Below are positions 1 to 13,869 of a DNA stretch of 64,000 bases, in pieces. A model generated the notes under the pieces. The model saw only the letters and a program-made list of their open reading frames with translations. It was not told where the DNA came from and did not search any database. Origin of the DNA: the human T2T-CHM13v2.0 reference genome, Homo sapiens; the NCBI RefSeq assembly GCF_009914755.1, contig NC_060934.1; one strand, given 5' to 3'. The first letter of the stretch is position 1. Every line of letters begins with the position of its first letter. Both the position numbers and the translations under genes were made by a program.

Positions 1-544
1 CTATAACTTGTCTATTTCTCTGTTCCATGTCAAGTAAAAATGACTACATAAATTTTTATCAAATTTGGAAAATATAATGTGATTAGGCTAATAATAGTCT
101 ATCAGGAGATGACTTTCAGGACCATTTAAAGAGGCAGACAATCATCATCACAAGCAGCTGAAAGTGAAGCATGATTGCAGACCCACATGACTGCCCAAAG
201 AAAGGAAAAGGCAACATTGATTAAAATACCAGAGACAGAGAAAACAATCAATTAAGAAACACATTAAGGGTAGATACATCAAACTGCAATTTATTGCATG
301 CTTGTTATTTGGGCAACTTCAAGTATTACAATGCTCCAGGGTAAGAAGCAGCAGAGTTTTATTAATTTAACTATGGCAGACAATTCTCTTCAGCAGTAGG
401 GAGATCAGCCAATAAAACAGCCATTATTTGTTGTTTCTTAGTGCTATCTTTGTCCCTTACTCTTCATTATCCAATATAATTTGTTATTACGTTATACATT
501 GTGGCCGATTAATTTAAAAACACTCAAGAGATTTCCATTCTTGG

Positions 545-1360
545 TTAGGAAGAGTCAGGCTGTATCAGACCAATCTTCCTGCTGAGAATAACTAGAAAAA
601 AACAATTTTAAAAATCAGTTTGGCCAGGCAGTTGCCTGAGCCTGTCCAGCACTTTGGGAGGCCAAGGCAGGAGGACTGCTTGAGGCCAGGAATTCTAGAC
701 CAGCCCAGGCAACAAAGGGAGACACCCATCTCCACAAAAGTAAAACAATAAATAAAAATAAAATTAGCCTGGTGTGGTAGCATGCACCTGTGGTCCCAGT
801 ACTCAGGAGGCTGAGGCAGGAGGATCACTGGAGCCTGAGAGGTTGAGGCTGCAGCGAGCCATGATGGCACCACTGCACTCCAGCCTGGGCAACAGAGCAA
901 GACACTACCTCGAAAAAAATCAGTTTGAAGGCATCATATAGTTGTCAAGACAGGCAGTATATAACAGGTAGATCTATGAAAGAAAAATCCCTAATTGAGG
1001 TTAGCTGTCTTTCATGGCTTTCCTTTCAAAGCAGTTGCTGATTCACATGCAAAACAGAGCCAAGAAGCTGAATAAGGAGAAAGCAGCAGCTAAGAGGCTA
1101 AGACTCTGAGCACAGTTTCTGGCAGTCTCACAGTGCTGGGATACAAGTACAGCACTTGTAGTTTGGGAGGATATGCCCTGGTAAATTTCCTATGCTTCCT
1201 GTTGGGAACCTGAAAGGATGCAACCTAAGAGTAAGAATGAACCAGAAATAAAATGGTCCTTACAAAGACAGAAACAAGCTTCAAGTCAGCGGGGTTCCAA
1301 CTAGGATTGAGATAACTGGCCCCTAATCTGTCTGCCAGTAAATATTTACTGAAAGAAAAT
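545..1360 (+). mobile_element. Old L1M (L1ME-like) 5' region fragment, interrupted by AluJ
   Basis: gtatcagaccaatcttcctgctgagaataact resembles old L1M 5' ends; L1-like sequence appears to resume at ~2040 and ~8010. Confidence 0.45.
622..919 (+). mobile_element. AluJ
   Basis: Dimeric Alu with J-type gcttgaggccagg and ggatcactggagcc; TSD aaaaatcagttt at 610-621 and 915-926. Confidence 0.95.
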
Positions 1361-1373
1361 GATGTGATGGTTT

Positions 1374-2000
1374 GTGTTGTGCTAACTTGGTTAAGCTGGA
1401 AACTACATTTCTCCACGTCCTCTTCTCCCTATCGTTCTATGTTAGAGTTGGCCAACAACGAATTTACGTAAGATTTAAAATGCATGATGAGTTCATGTCC
1501 TTTGTAGGGACACGGATGAAGCTGGAAACCATCATTCTCAGCAAACTATCGCAAGGACGAAAAACCAAACACCGCATGTTCTCACTCATAGGTGGGAATT
1601 GAACAATGAGAACACATGAACACAGGAAGGGGAACATCACACACCAGGGACTGTTGTGGGGTGGGGGGGAGGGGGGAGGGATAGCATTAGGAGATATACC
1701 TAATGCTAAATGACGAGTTAATGGGTGCAGCACACCAACATGGCACACGTATACATATGTTACAAACCTGCATGTTGTGCACATGTACCCTAAAACTTAA
1801 AGTATAATAATAATAAAATAATTTAAAAAAAGATTTAAAATGCAAAAGATAAGAAGCAGCCATTACAATCTACAGGTTTTTGTTTGTTTTTTGTTTTTTT
1901 GTTTGTTTTTTGTTTTTTTACAGTCAAAGGTGTTTCTCAACAGATGCCTGGGAGCTGAGCTTCCAGTTCTGGGAGTGTGGGCTGCAAAATATACAGAGTA
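1374..2000 (+). mobile_element. LTR33-like ERVL LTR, split by L1PA insertion
   Basis: tgtgatggtttg...aagctggaaactacatttc...gttggccaac...agaagcagccatt continues across the L1 insertion. Confidence 0.55.
1485..1829 (+). mobile_element. 5'-truncated L1PA3/PA4-like 3' end
   Basis: L1 ORF2 end and 3'UTR (tcgcaagga, G-tract, gctaaatgacgagtta), A-rich tail, 15-bp TSD aagatttaaaatgca at 1470-1484 and 1830-1844. Confidence 0.95.
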
Positions 2001-2109
2001 ATAAGGCAAATGACAACAGCAGCATAAACGATGGAGAGTGGATAAATAGATTTAAAGTATTTTATGGCCCTTGTGTTGTCGAGTACATTATAAAATTACT
2101 AATTTACAT

Positions 2110-2531
2110 TGTGAAAGAAAATGAGGTAACTAAGGCTAAGGCTTTCTAAAGTAGAGTGGGTAGATTGTGAGAGGTCTGCACTCACACCTGCTAAAGGTGG
2201 AATGTTTCGATAGACTTGGAAAAACAACTGAGGTTAGTATCTGCCAGCCTTCAACATCTCTCCAGCTGGAAGTACCCCAATTAGCTAACCAATTAGAAGA
2301 GGTTTACAATTTAGGATTTCTGCCCAGCCAATGAACTGCCTCCATAAACAACTTTTTGTGAAAATCCCTGATTTAAAAACACTGTCCTATACTTGCCTTA
2401 TGGGACACTATTCAGGGCTGTCCTGAGGTAGTGTACCTGAACTGCAATTCTCTGTTTACCAAGTAAATGCTATTTCCTTTGACCTCCGTGTCAATCTTTT
2501 TTTTTATTTTTATTTTATTTTTTAGATAACA
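2110..2531 (+). mobile_element. ERV1-class 5' LTR (MER4-group-like; family not resolved)
   Basis: Begins TG(tgaaagaaaat), ends (ttagataa)CA, has CCAAT motifs, and is followed directly by a PBS and gag. Confidence 0.75.
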
Positions 2532-2535
2532 TAGT

Positions 2536-2553
2536 TTATGTCAGAAGCAGGAC
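2536..2553 (+). other. Degenerate primer-binding site, tRNA-Leu type
   Basis: TTATGTCAGAAGCAGGAC versus TGGTGTCAGAAGTGGGAT (13/18), located just after the LTR end. Confidence 0.7.
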
Positions 2554-3558
2554 CTGAAGTAATCTTACCTTCTAGTGGACTGGCTTCTTTGGAATCGGAT
2601 GAGGTACCTACAACAAAGAGCCCCTTGTGCTCTCCTTCTCTGCTTCCTTGGACTGCTGGCACCCTCAATTGTAAGTCTTCTTGAGCTCCTCCCTCCCTCC
2701 CTTTGGTTGAGGTCAATGCTTTTATTTGGGAATTTGGGGACGTTGTTCCATTTGTGCCCACAAAGGCTTTTAGCCTGTGTGGAAATTTTTCCAGGTATGT
2801 TAGTTTTCCTATTATTTGGAAATTTTCCTATTGGTCAGTATTATTATTCTTATTATAAGTTTCGGATTCTTTAATTCTAAACCTTGCAGTGATTGTCCCC
2901 TTTCTGAGACTACAGCTGGTTATTTGTTCAAAAATTATGGGACTTCCATCTGTACTAATCTGGAACAGTTGACTTTCTAAACAAAAGATACTTCAGAATT
3001 ACAATAACCAAATTGGGGTTCTTTTTTCCCCAAAACTAGGCTTCTCCAAATTATATTGGAAGACCATGGCTCTAAAACAAAACAACCTGAATGAAGTACA
3101 TATTTTAGTTAGCATCTGGAGGCATCCAAACACATTCAGGACTCTAAAATTGCTTCTCGCTAGAGCAGTCTTGAAACTCACAGAGGCTAATAAAAAAACC
3201 AAAAGAGAAAGAAAAAGTCCTTGAAGCTCTGGTTTCTTCTACTAACTCTCACTCTCCTATTTCTGCTCTCCAACCTCTATGTCCTACACTTGCTGACTTC
3301 CCTTCTACTCTTCTGACTCTAAAGCTTCCCTTGATTCCCGTTTCTGTTAAAACTGTTCAAATTCACCCTTTCAAGCTCCATCGGAATAATGAGGTCACTC
3401 TACTAAATGTTTCCTATACACTTTGGACAAAAGCTGAACTTAGAGATATAGCTAAAGAGTTCACCAAGATTACTGAGGACCCTCATAAACTTGCTGAAGA
3501 ATTTAAAATTGTTATCCAAACACATAAATCTGATTTCTCTAACTTTTATCCATTAATA

Positions 3559-3794
3559 CAGTCATCTCTCAGTATACACAAGGGATTGGTTTCCGGACCC
3601 ATGCTATACCCAAATCTGTTCATACTCCAGTCCCTCAGTTGGCCCCACCAATCAGCATATATGAAAAGTTGGCCCTCCATATATGCAGCTTTTGCATCCT
3701 GTGAATACCGTATTTTCAATCCACTTTTGGTTGAAAAAATCCACATATAAGTGGACCCATGTACTTCAAATCTGTGTTATTCAATGTTTAGCTG
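3559..3794 (+). mobile_element. MER8 (Tigger-type MITE) inside ERV gag
   Basis: cag...ctg termini flanked by TA; gggattggtttccggaccc and aagtggaccc motifs. Confidence 0.85.
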
Positions 3795-3865
3795 TACATG
3801 TATGCCCATCAGAGAACATCAGCACAATGTTAGATGGCAAGGCAGGTTAGAACAATCCTCTAATG

Positions 3866-4201
3866 CAGCAGTCCCCAATCTTTTTGACACCAGGGACCGG
3901 TTTCTTGGAAGACAATTTTTTCCACAGGCTGGGGGTGGGGGATGATGAAATTGTTCCACCTCCAATCGGTAGGCATTAGATTCTCATAAGGACCACACAA
4001 CCTATATCCCTCGCTTGTGCAGTTCACAGTAGGGTTCATGCTCCTGTGAGAATCTAATGCCACTGCTGATCTGATAGAAGGCAGAGCTCAGGTAGTCAGC
4101 ACTCAACTTGCTTGCCTGCTACTCACCTCCTGCCATGTGGACCTGTTCCTAGCAGGCCATGGACCAGTACCCCTCTGTGGCCCAGGTGTTGTGGATCCCT
4201 G
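3866..4201 (+). mobile_element. MER1B (hAT-Charlie) inside ERV gag
   Basis: cagcagtccccaatc...ggatccctg; 8-bp TSD ctctaatg/ctctaaca. Confidence 0.9.
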
Positions 4202-4791
4202 CTCTAACAGGCCTCCAAAGCAATATTGCCTTCCAATAGGGAGAAAGTCCAACGAGGAGCCAAAACTTTATATCCACCTATCCTTTAACATTCCCTAAAC
4301 CAGTAGATTAAAACAAGATCCAGGCCTGCACCCAAAAGAAAGCTGAGGCAGTATATAATTATTATAATAGACATGAAATCGTTATCAAGGAAAACTCTGG
4401 ACTCCCCTCAGTCACCAAATCTATCCAAGTGGCTTTTAATTCTATGTTCATAAATAGTTTAGATGATGATCTTACAATTCTAAATAGGTTCACCTTGAAT
4501 GGGAAACAATGCAATGTCCACCTCTGATTCAGTTAACCTGGCCAGCCAATTAGCCTAAACAATTTGTAAGGTGGATAAATTGAGGGCAAAGAAAATAATG
4601 AACCTACAGCTTCACCATCTTTCTATCCCTCATAATAAAACATGGTACTTTAACACTATAAAACTAAATGTTAAAGGAGTCTGCCACTACTACAAAAAGC
4701 CTGGACACGGAGTAGGGGGAGATTGCATACAATTAAAACAAGATAAATGACCCCCTTTAATAGGCCACCCTCTATGTTCCTTATAGACTGA

Positions 4792-7700
4792 GGGTGCTCC
4801 AAAAAACCTACAGGCGATCTTTCAATCTTGTCTCTTAATCATTTGGGTGCAACCCCGTCATGATCAGAAAGGAGATTCTCACTGTCCTTATCAACACTGG
4901 GGCAATCCTCTGTATTTGACACTCATCAGCCTCAACCAGTTCCTTCCTTGAAGTACTGAAAAAAAATGCAAATGGTAGGAGTTTCTAATATACCTTTAAC
5001 AGTTTACAAATCTTTCCCCTTGCTTTTTCAATTAGGTTCTACAATCATTCTTTTTTTTTTTTTTTTTTTTAACCAGTTCTCTTGGCCCCAGTTCACTTAC
5101 TTGGAAGGGACTTCTTAGAAAAACATCATGTGGCCATTACCTTTTCCCATAAGGGTAAGATAATTCTTAAAGCTGATTTACATCCCCATCACCTTTAACT
5201 GACAACAGTGAAAATTCTTCAACACTCTTGCCTACTTTTGTCTTTAACCTAAATAATGAAAATGCTGACAGTTTAATTCTTTTTAAAAGAGCTTTTTGAG
5301 GAAGTTTTGGATAAATCTACAACAGACATTGGACAAATCCACTGGGCTCTCCTGATAAAGACTCAAATTGACCCAAACAAGCCCCTTCCTAATATCAGAC
5401 AATACTCCTTAAATCCTGAAACTTCTGCAGAAATTAAGCCAATTACAGAAGAATGTAAAGCTAGGAATCTTGTGGCGCCTAGTACTAGCCCCTGTAGTAC
5501 TCCTAACCTTCCTATAAAGACATCTCATGGACATGGATGGAGATTTATACAAGACCTATGAAACATTAATAATATTGTCACTCTTTGACACCCTGTCATT
5601 CCAAATCTCCATACTCTCATGACTTCCATCCTCACAGAATGTAAATTTTATAGTGACATACTTTTATATTACTTTTTTAAAAAAAGCATTCATGTGGACA
5701 CTGGGAGTCAAATTTTATTTGTCTTCACGTAGGAAAGTCAACAATATACCTAGATAGTAATGTCTTGAGGGTATACCAAAAGCCCTCCCTACTTTTCAGA
5801 TACTGAAGACATATTTAACAGACATGTCTTTCCCCCAAGGATTGACTCTCTTGCAGTATGTTGATGACCTCCTTCTTTGTTCCTTGTGAACATGATTATG
5901 TTCATCTCCTTAAACTTCTAGCAGACAAAATCCACAAAGTTTCCAGGGAAAGACTATAATTTACCCAGGACCATGTCAAACATTTGGGATACATGATATA
6001 AAACCAAGGACTTCTCTTGGATCCTGACAGACTTAATGGTATTTAAACTTTCCTCAATCTCAGACTGAGACTATTACAAAGGAGATAGGGGCTGGCAGGT
6101 TCTGTCAAAACTGAATACCTAATTTTCCTTTGATAGCATAACCCTTATATGCTCTTCAGAAATTTGACAACCCAGATCCCCTGGGCTAAAAAGAGAATGC
6201 CTGTATGGCCTTCTATCAAAAGAAGGATTTCTAAGTCTTCCTGCCTTAAGGTACCCCAATCATCAGCTCTCTTTCTTCATTTTTGTGCATGAAAAATAAA
6301 TAAATGTGTTGGGGGTTCTTTACCCCAAAACATTGAGTTCAACACAGACCCATTGGCTATTATAGCCAGCAATTAGGTTCAATAGCTGACTCCCTCTCTG
6401 CATGACAGCTATATCAGCCACTACAGCTTTAATTAACTCTACAGAAGAGATAATCACGAACTCTACTCTCACTGTCTATGTTCTTCATGCTGTAGAAGCT
6501 TTGTAGAAACCGTAGAGAACTCTCATCATACTCAGTATTATTCTGAGCAGACTAACTTCTTATGAGATCTTGCTGTTGATTTCTCACATTCTTTCTCACT
6601 GCAATACTCTTAATCCAGTAACCCTCCTTCCCCTACCTGTTGATGAGACACATCATGACTGTTCAAATCTAAGTGGCCAGCTAAAACCTAAAGTCAATTT
6701 ACATGAAATTCCTAGACCAAATACAGAACTTTCATGGTTTACTGACACATCATAAATGACAGATTAAAATATAGGAGAATATTGTGCTAGATATACTATA
6801 ACTTTTCTTGAAGTACAGACATGCATCTCTTAAGTACGGGAATACATTCTGAGAAGTGCATTGTTGGGTAATTTCATCATTGTATGAACAGAATATTATA
6901 GAGTATACTTAAACCTAGGCTTCTACATACCTAGTTATATGATATTGCCTACTGCTCCTAGGCTAAAAACCTGTATAGCATATTACTGTACTAAATACTG
7001 TAGGTAATTATAGCATGATGCTAAGTATTTGTATATTTAAACATATCTCAACATAGAAAAGGTACAGTAAAAATAAGGTATTACAATTATGGGACACTGT
7101 CATATATGTGGTCAGTTGACAAAAATGTGCAGCACATGACTACATGCAGCACGTGACTATAGTTGAAGAAGCTGCACTGCTGATGGCTACTTCAGCCCAA
7201 CAAGCAGAACTTTATGCCTTAATCAGGGCTTATATTCTGGTGAAAATAAAACTGCAAACGTTTACACCAACAGCCGTTACGCCTTTGGGGTTGTTCGTGA
7301 TTTTGGTGTGCTTTGGAAACAAAAAGGATTTTTAACCTCCAGAGGGAACCAAATTAAAAATGGAACTTTTGTCAATAATTTATTAAATTCAATTCAACTT
7401 CCCTCTGCCTTGGCTATAATCAAAATTTCTGGGCACTCTAAATTAGAAAGGCTAAGAAAAACGACTTGGCTAATCATGCAGCAAAAGCAACTACCTAGAG
7501 TTCCACTAAGACTAAAAACCTTATAGCTGATATGGATTGTTTTCCAAAAAAGGATTTAAATGATGTTGTGAAAGGTGCTCAGTCTTGGGCATCATATAAA
7601 AAATCATATTGAGCTGATAACAATTGCATTTTTTGCCCAACAACAAATTTACGGTATGGTCCCAATAATAAACTGCTATTACCAGAATCTATATGTCTTT

Positions 7701-7995
7701 TAAAAACCTTACTCAAAATGACATATCAGATGACTAACTGGGCAACTGATAAATTTTATAAAGCAGTATTATTAGTGGGGAAACATTTCAAGGGCTGCCA
7801 AATAGTTACAACTGTCTTGTACTGTTTGTCCAAAATTCAACCCAGGAAAGACAATTCAGATAGTTCCAGGTCATTTTAACCTACCTAATGGACACTCTGA
7901 GGTTTGGCAAATGGATTTCATTCAGCCACCTCCATATCAAGATTATAAATATGTTCTAGTTAAAATTTGTAAGATATTTCCTTTAACCTCCATGT
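4792..7995 (+). pseudogene. pol: Decayed ERV pro-pol (protease, RT, RNase H, N-terminal integrase), 3'-truncated
   Basis: VLINTGA (4884), LLGRDFL (5097), LQYVDDLLL (5851), WFTD and SAQQAELYAL, EVWQMDFIQ..YKYVLV (7899-7970); many disablements. Confidence 0.92.
6816..7159 (+). mobile_element. Tigger3a/MER7A-like element inside RNase H
   Basis: TA-flanked; removing it rejoins ...FLEV|VEEAAL..SAQQAEL. Confidence 0.85.
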
Positions 7996-8439
7996 CAAAG
8001 GATTTTTTAACTTAATAATATCATGCTATATAAGAATGTATTATATAATTTCAAGAATAATCACTAAAAATTATAATGTTTAATAAACTGCTTATAGAGA
8101 AAATGAAATACTAAGCACGAATTTTAAAATTAAATACAGGAAATGAACATGAAAATGTAGGATGATTAGAAAATAAATAAGGTGTAGATGTAAATCCAAA
8201 TATATCAGTAACAACATTCAGTGGAAATGGATTAAGAATTCCAATTAAAAGACAAAGACTGTCAGCTAAACAGAAAACAAAACCCATAATATGTTACTGA
8301 AAAAGAGGCCAACTTTAACTATAAGGATACAAAAATGATAAAAGTAACAAGATGGGAGATAATGCTATGCAAACACTAACCAAAAGGAAGTTGTATGTAC
8401 CTATATATTTCTATCGGACAATGAAAAGTTAAAAGATGT

Positions 8440-8941
8440 TGTGGTAGGCGGAATGATGGCTGCCCTCTCCCAACCAAAATGTTTACATCCTAATCCCTAG
8501 AACCTACGAATGTTACTTTATGGGGCAAAAGAGATTTTGAAGATGTGATCAAATGGAGAATTTTTAGATGGGGAGATTATTCTAAATTATCCAAGTGAGC
8601 CTGATATAATTACAAGTCTTGTAAAAGAGATACAGGTGGGGTCAAAGTTAGATAGGAGGCAATGTGACAAAAGCAGCAGAGGGACAGAGAGAAAGAGATT
8701 TGAATATGTTATGCTTCTGGCTTTGAAGATGGAAGAAAGGAGCCAGAAGCCAAAGAATGTAGGCAGCCTCCTGAATCTGAAAAGGTCAAGGAAACAGATT
8801 CTCTCTTGGAACGTCTGGAAGGAACACAGCTGTGGAGAATGAATTTTAGACTTCTGATCTCCCAAAGTGTAGGATGATAAATTTGCATTGTTTAAAGCCA
8901 CTAACTTGTGATTTGTTACAGCAGCAGTCAAAATGAATATA
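8440..8941 (+). mobile_element. MLT1C/D MaLR LTR
   Basis: tgtggtaggcggaatgatggc...atcctaatccctagaacc...ttgttacagcagca. Confidence 0.85.
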
Positions 8942-8968
8942 GATGGATTACTATAAAGATAAATAATG

Positions 8969-9281
8969 CACCAGGCACAGTGGCTCACATCTGTAATCCC
9001 AGCGCTTTGAGAGGCCAAGGCAGGAGGACTGCTTGAGGCCAGGAGTTCAAGACCAGCCTGGGCAATATAGCGAGATCCAATCTCTACAAAAACTAGAAAA
9101 CAAAAAAATTAGCTGGGCGTGGTAGCACATGCCTGTAGTCCCAGCCACTCAGGAGGCTGAGGTGAGAGGATTGCTTGATCCCAGGAGTTCAAGGATGCAG
9201 TGAGCTATGATCATGCCACTGCACTGCAGCCTGGTGACGAAGCAAGACCCCATCTCTAAAAAATAAATAAATAGATAGATA
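8969..9281 (+). mobile_element. AluJ
   Basis: Full dimer with J-type features; TSD agata(a/g)ataatg. Confidence 0.95.
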
Positions 9282-10574
9282 GAGATAGATAATGATTTAA
9301 AGCATAAATCTACCAAGAAGATATAATTCTAAATTTTCATGTCCATAAAAATATAGCCTCAAAAATGCATTAAAAAAGAAAACAGCATACATAAACAAGT
9401 ACACAAGTCACAGTGAGACATTTTAACATACCTCTAACAATAACCTTTAGAAGCAGATAGAAACTGTCAATAAGATAATATAAGATTTAAAGGACATAAT
9501 CAACAAACGTCACCTAATATTTATAGAACTCCAAACAGAAAAAATGCATGCTTTTCAATCAACATTTACCATAACAGAATATATGCTGGGTTACAAAGCA
9601 GGTCCTAACAAATTTTAAAGGATTGATGAGTATGTTCTCTACAGTCGAATTAAATGAAGAAGATTAAAAGATAACTAGAAATTAAGCAACATTCTTTAAA
9701 ATAACTCACAGGTCAAACAATAGTTCAAAAGGGAAATTGGAAAATATCTTGAATTGAACAATAAAAAGAGTGTATACTGTATGATTCCATATATACAAAG
9801 TTCAAAACCAGGCAAAACTAATTTCATGGTTTTTAAAGTCAATAAGAAGATAAACAATGGTTATCTTCAAAGAGGAGATTAAGGTTAGTGAGCGGGGGTG
9901 GTCATGGAAGGACCATCTTAGTGCTGGTAATGATCTATTTTCTGATCTGAGCGGTTGTGTTCACTGTGTGTTCACTATGAAAATGCATCTAGCTATTCAC
10001 TAATACTGTGTGCACTTTTCTGCATGTATGTTTTAATTCACTAAAATGTTACTAACATAACTCAGAAAAATTTTTCTTCATTTTTATTTCCTGTGGTGCT
10101 TGAAGATTTTGTGTGTGTGCTAATGTCTCTTACTATCATACGAAGCTATCTAGGTTAAGAAAGTGTCACTCAATTTATCTTTAAAATGATGGAGCTAATT
10201 TTTAGGTGCCTTCAGAAATGCATCTCATTTCTAATCTTTTATGGTTCTATAACCTGGAGAAAGATTTAGTTACATTCTGCTTATCCTACTAAAATTATTT
10301 TATTCCCTTGAACCATATTCAGCTTGTCCATCTGAGGACAGAATTAAATAATGTGAGTTTTCTAGAATATCAAAACCATTTCATGAGTCTGCATTGTTTT
10401 CAAGAAAACCCCTCAAGTCACAGGTAGCTGCTGTTGCTTCTGCTCTTAAAACCTCTTCAAATGTTCCTTGTGGTATAGCACTTAGCAGGCTTCATTGCAG
10501 TTATTTGCTTATTTCCCCATCTTCCTCAGTAGCCTGTATGTTTCATAACGGTAAACATGTCCTTCCTTCCTCCT

Positions 10575-11035
10575 TCTCTTTTATTCACTCAACAGACATT
10601 TATCAATAATCTACTGTCTGTCAGGCACTGTGATAGTCATTAGGGATACAAAGAAAAAACTGGATATGATCTTTATTCTTGCAAACAACAGTAGAGTAGG
10701 AGCTGCACACACTACTCAAGTATACCTTAAAACCCTGCTGTAATACTTATAACAAAAGAGAGGTACACACTTCTTCAGAGTTTATCAATCCAAGAAGGTT
10801 TAATGTTCTTTTTGGATGTGTGTGAGGTGGGGAGAGGGAAAAAATGCATTCCTGAAGAAGTAATACTTGAGCTGAGCTTTCCTAAAGGAAAAAGTAGGTA
10901 TTACTATGATGAAAGAAAGGAAGAAAGAGTGTAGAGCCAAAATGTGATAAACAAAGGCTGGGATGGATATGTGGATAATTATTTGAGAAAAGGCTGGAGA
11001 ACTAGGTAAGATGCCAATTATATAAGTCCTTAAGT
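10575..11035 (-). mobile_element. L2 3' fragment
   Basis: ttcactcaacagacatttat...tcaggcactgtg...ggataca. Confidence 0.65.
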
Positions 11036-11139
11036 GTTTGCTCTTCCTCGAGCAAGGCTAGCTCTTTCCTGTCATTCAGATTTCACCTTAAACAACAACT
11101 ATTCAAGGGAGGCCTTCCCTAACATCTGAACCTAGTCAC

Positions 11140-11675
11140 TGAAGCTGAAGCCAATTCCTTTTCCTCCTTTGCTAACAAGAATTAAATTAGCCTTCTCTGA
11201 CACACTGGTGCTTATAGGGATACAGGCTCTAGCCCCGGGGTTGGGGGGGCGGGGGTGGGGGAGGTGTGGGGGGGAGTGAAACCTAATTGGTGTAAGTTGA
11301 TTATAGTGGTCTCACTACCATTGCTAGGATTGGCTCAAGCATGGGCATGTGACACAGTTCTACCCAATGAGACATAAAAGAAACCTACTATGAGAAAATT
11401 TATCTCACTTAAGCAAAAGGAAAAGAGAAGACTTATATACACACACTCCTTTTCCCCCTTCTTTGTCATTGGACATGGTCATGAATGCATGTGGTGCCAA
11501 ACAGCTGCAGCCATTTTATGACTATGAGAGGAGAAAGATGGACAGCACCTGGATTCTTGATGATGTCTCTGACCACTAAATTAACCAGCCAGAACCACCC
11601 TACTTCCAGACTCCTCATCATTTAAATTACCCTTAATTAAATTCAGCTGTTACTTGCAGCTGACAGCATTCATTT
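11140..11675 (+). mobile_element. Old MLT1 (J/K-like) LTR within L2
   Basis: gcatgtgacacagttctacccaatgaga...gcagccattttatgactatgag...gttacttgcagctg. Confidence 0.65.
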
Positions 11676-11689
11676 TCAGTCATTTAACA

Positions 11690-11878
11690 CATCATTGTAG
11701 TTTAATTCTCTGCATTGTATCTATCATCATTTGATTTTTATGTTTTTATTTCCCCACTAAAATGTATGCTCCAAAGAATGCAAAGACTTTGTCTATCTTG
11801 TTCACCACTGTATTCCAAGTATTTAGAATGGTGCCAAGTACATAGCAGATGCTCAATAAATATTTATTGAATGAATAC
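11690..11878 (+). mobile_element. L2 3' end
   Basis: ttgttcaccactgtattcc...gctcaataaatatttattgaatgaat. Confidence 0.8.
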
Positions 11879-12418
11879 ATGAGAAAACTCTGAAAGGATT
11901 TTATGTCTGTATTGTGTAGGGTCAACAAAAAAGACTCTATTTCTAATGTTTTTTACATTCATTTTACCACACTGTATAAAATTTTAACTTCAAATAGCAA
12001 CACTGAAAAGAAGGCATTGACAAGACTAAATATTGGGGTTTGTGGAAGTACCTTTGGGGCAGATTTAAAATATGGTCCCAAATTCTTTGACACTATTTTC
12101 ATAGAAAGGTTGGGGTATATATCTCCTGTCCTTGAATTCAGACTCTGTGACTACTCAAGTAATAGAATATTCCAGGAATGACAGTGTGCCAGTTTCTAGG
12201 ACCAGGCTTCTTACAAAACTGGCAGCTTCCTCTTCTTATCTCTTATAATGCTTACTGTTGGTACCTAGCCATCATGCCATGAGGAAAACAAATATCCCAA
12301 GAAGAGACCCAGTAAAGAGGAAATGAGGCCCCTAGGCTTCAGCTTCAGTAGACATTGTGCTAGCCACAATTTACCAGCCATGTGAGTCAGCCATATTGGG
12401 AGTAAATCCACTAGCTCA

Positions 12419-13135
<717 letters not shown>

Positions 13136-13426
13136 CCTACACCACTAGGTTTTCAACAGTGGTTTGTTACGCAGCAACATAAAACTGAAACACCCTTCAA
13201 CAGAAAAGGGCAGAAAGATGTTTAGAGAAGGACAGCTTAAATTTGATTACAAAGGGGAAACAGTAATGGTAGTTATTAAGTAAGGTAGTCAAAAGACTGG
13301 AGAAATAGAAGTGTGGATGAATTACATATTTTGTCATGTGGTAAAAATTCATAGTTAAAAACTGCTTTAAGGTTGCTGAAGCCAGGTGGTGTCACCAAGG
13401 CACATATCCGACCACTATTATTACCA

Positions 13427-13845
13427 TGTGATAGCTAATTTTATGTAGATCACAATACCTAGATATTGGGTCAAACATTATTCTAGATGTTTCTGTGAAG
13501 GTTTTATTTTATTTATTTATTTAGATAAGATTAACATTTAAATCAGTAGACCTTGAGTAAAGCAGATTACTCTCCATAATGTGAGTAAACCTCATCCAAT
13601 CAGTTGAAAGCTTCAATTTGAAAAGATTGGCCTCCCCAGGAAAAGACAAAAGTCTGCCAGCAGACTGCCTTTGAACTCAAACTTCAACTCTTCTCTGGGT
13701 GTCCTGCCTACCAGCCTACCCTGCAGATTTAGAGCTTCCAATCTTTACAATCATATAAGCCAATTCCTTAAAATAAATCTCTATCTCTCTGTCTCTCAGA
13801 CATAGTCTATTGGTTCTGTTTCTCTGTAGAACCGTAACTAATAGA
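13427..13845 (+). mobile_element. MLT2B-like LTR
   Basis: tcaaacattattctagatgtttctgtgaagg...ttggttctgtttctctg. Confidence 0.85.
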
Positions 13846-13869
13846 CACTGCTTCTTTTTGAATAATGCT

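Larger units (their letters stand above)
2937..4791 (+). pseudogene. gag: Decayed ERV gag
   Basis: ATG-GGA start; capsid-like WTKAELRDIAKEF..EDPHKLAEEF; degenerate zinc knuckle CHYYKKPGH..DC at ~4680-4727; gac-TGA at 4789; many stops and frameshifts. Confidence 0.8.
8010..10050 (+). mobile_element. L1ME fragments (ORF2 start and 3' end), interrupted by MLT1 and AluJ
   Basis: ccaaatatatcagta...ccaattaaaagacaaagactgtcag; 3' end tatgattcca...accaggcaaaactaa. Confidence 0.75.

Noticed and set aside
3331-3750. 139-aa ORF as a gene
   Set aside because: It is a chance fusion of a gag fragment and the MER8 insertion.
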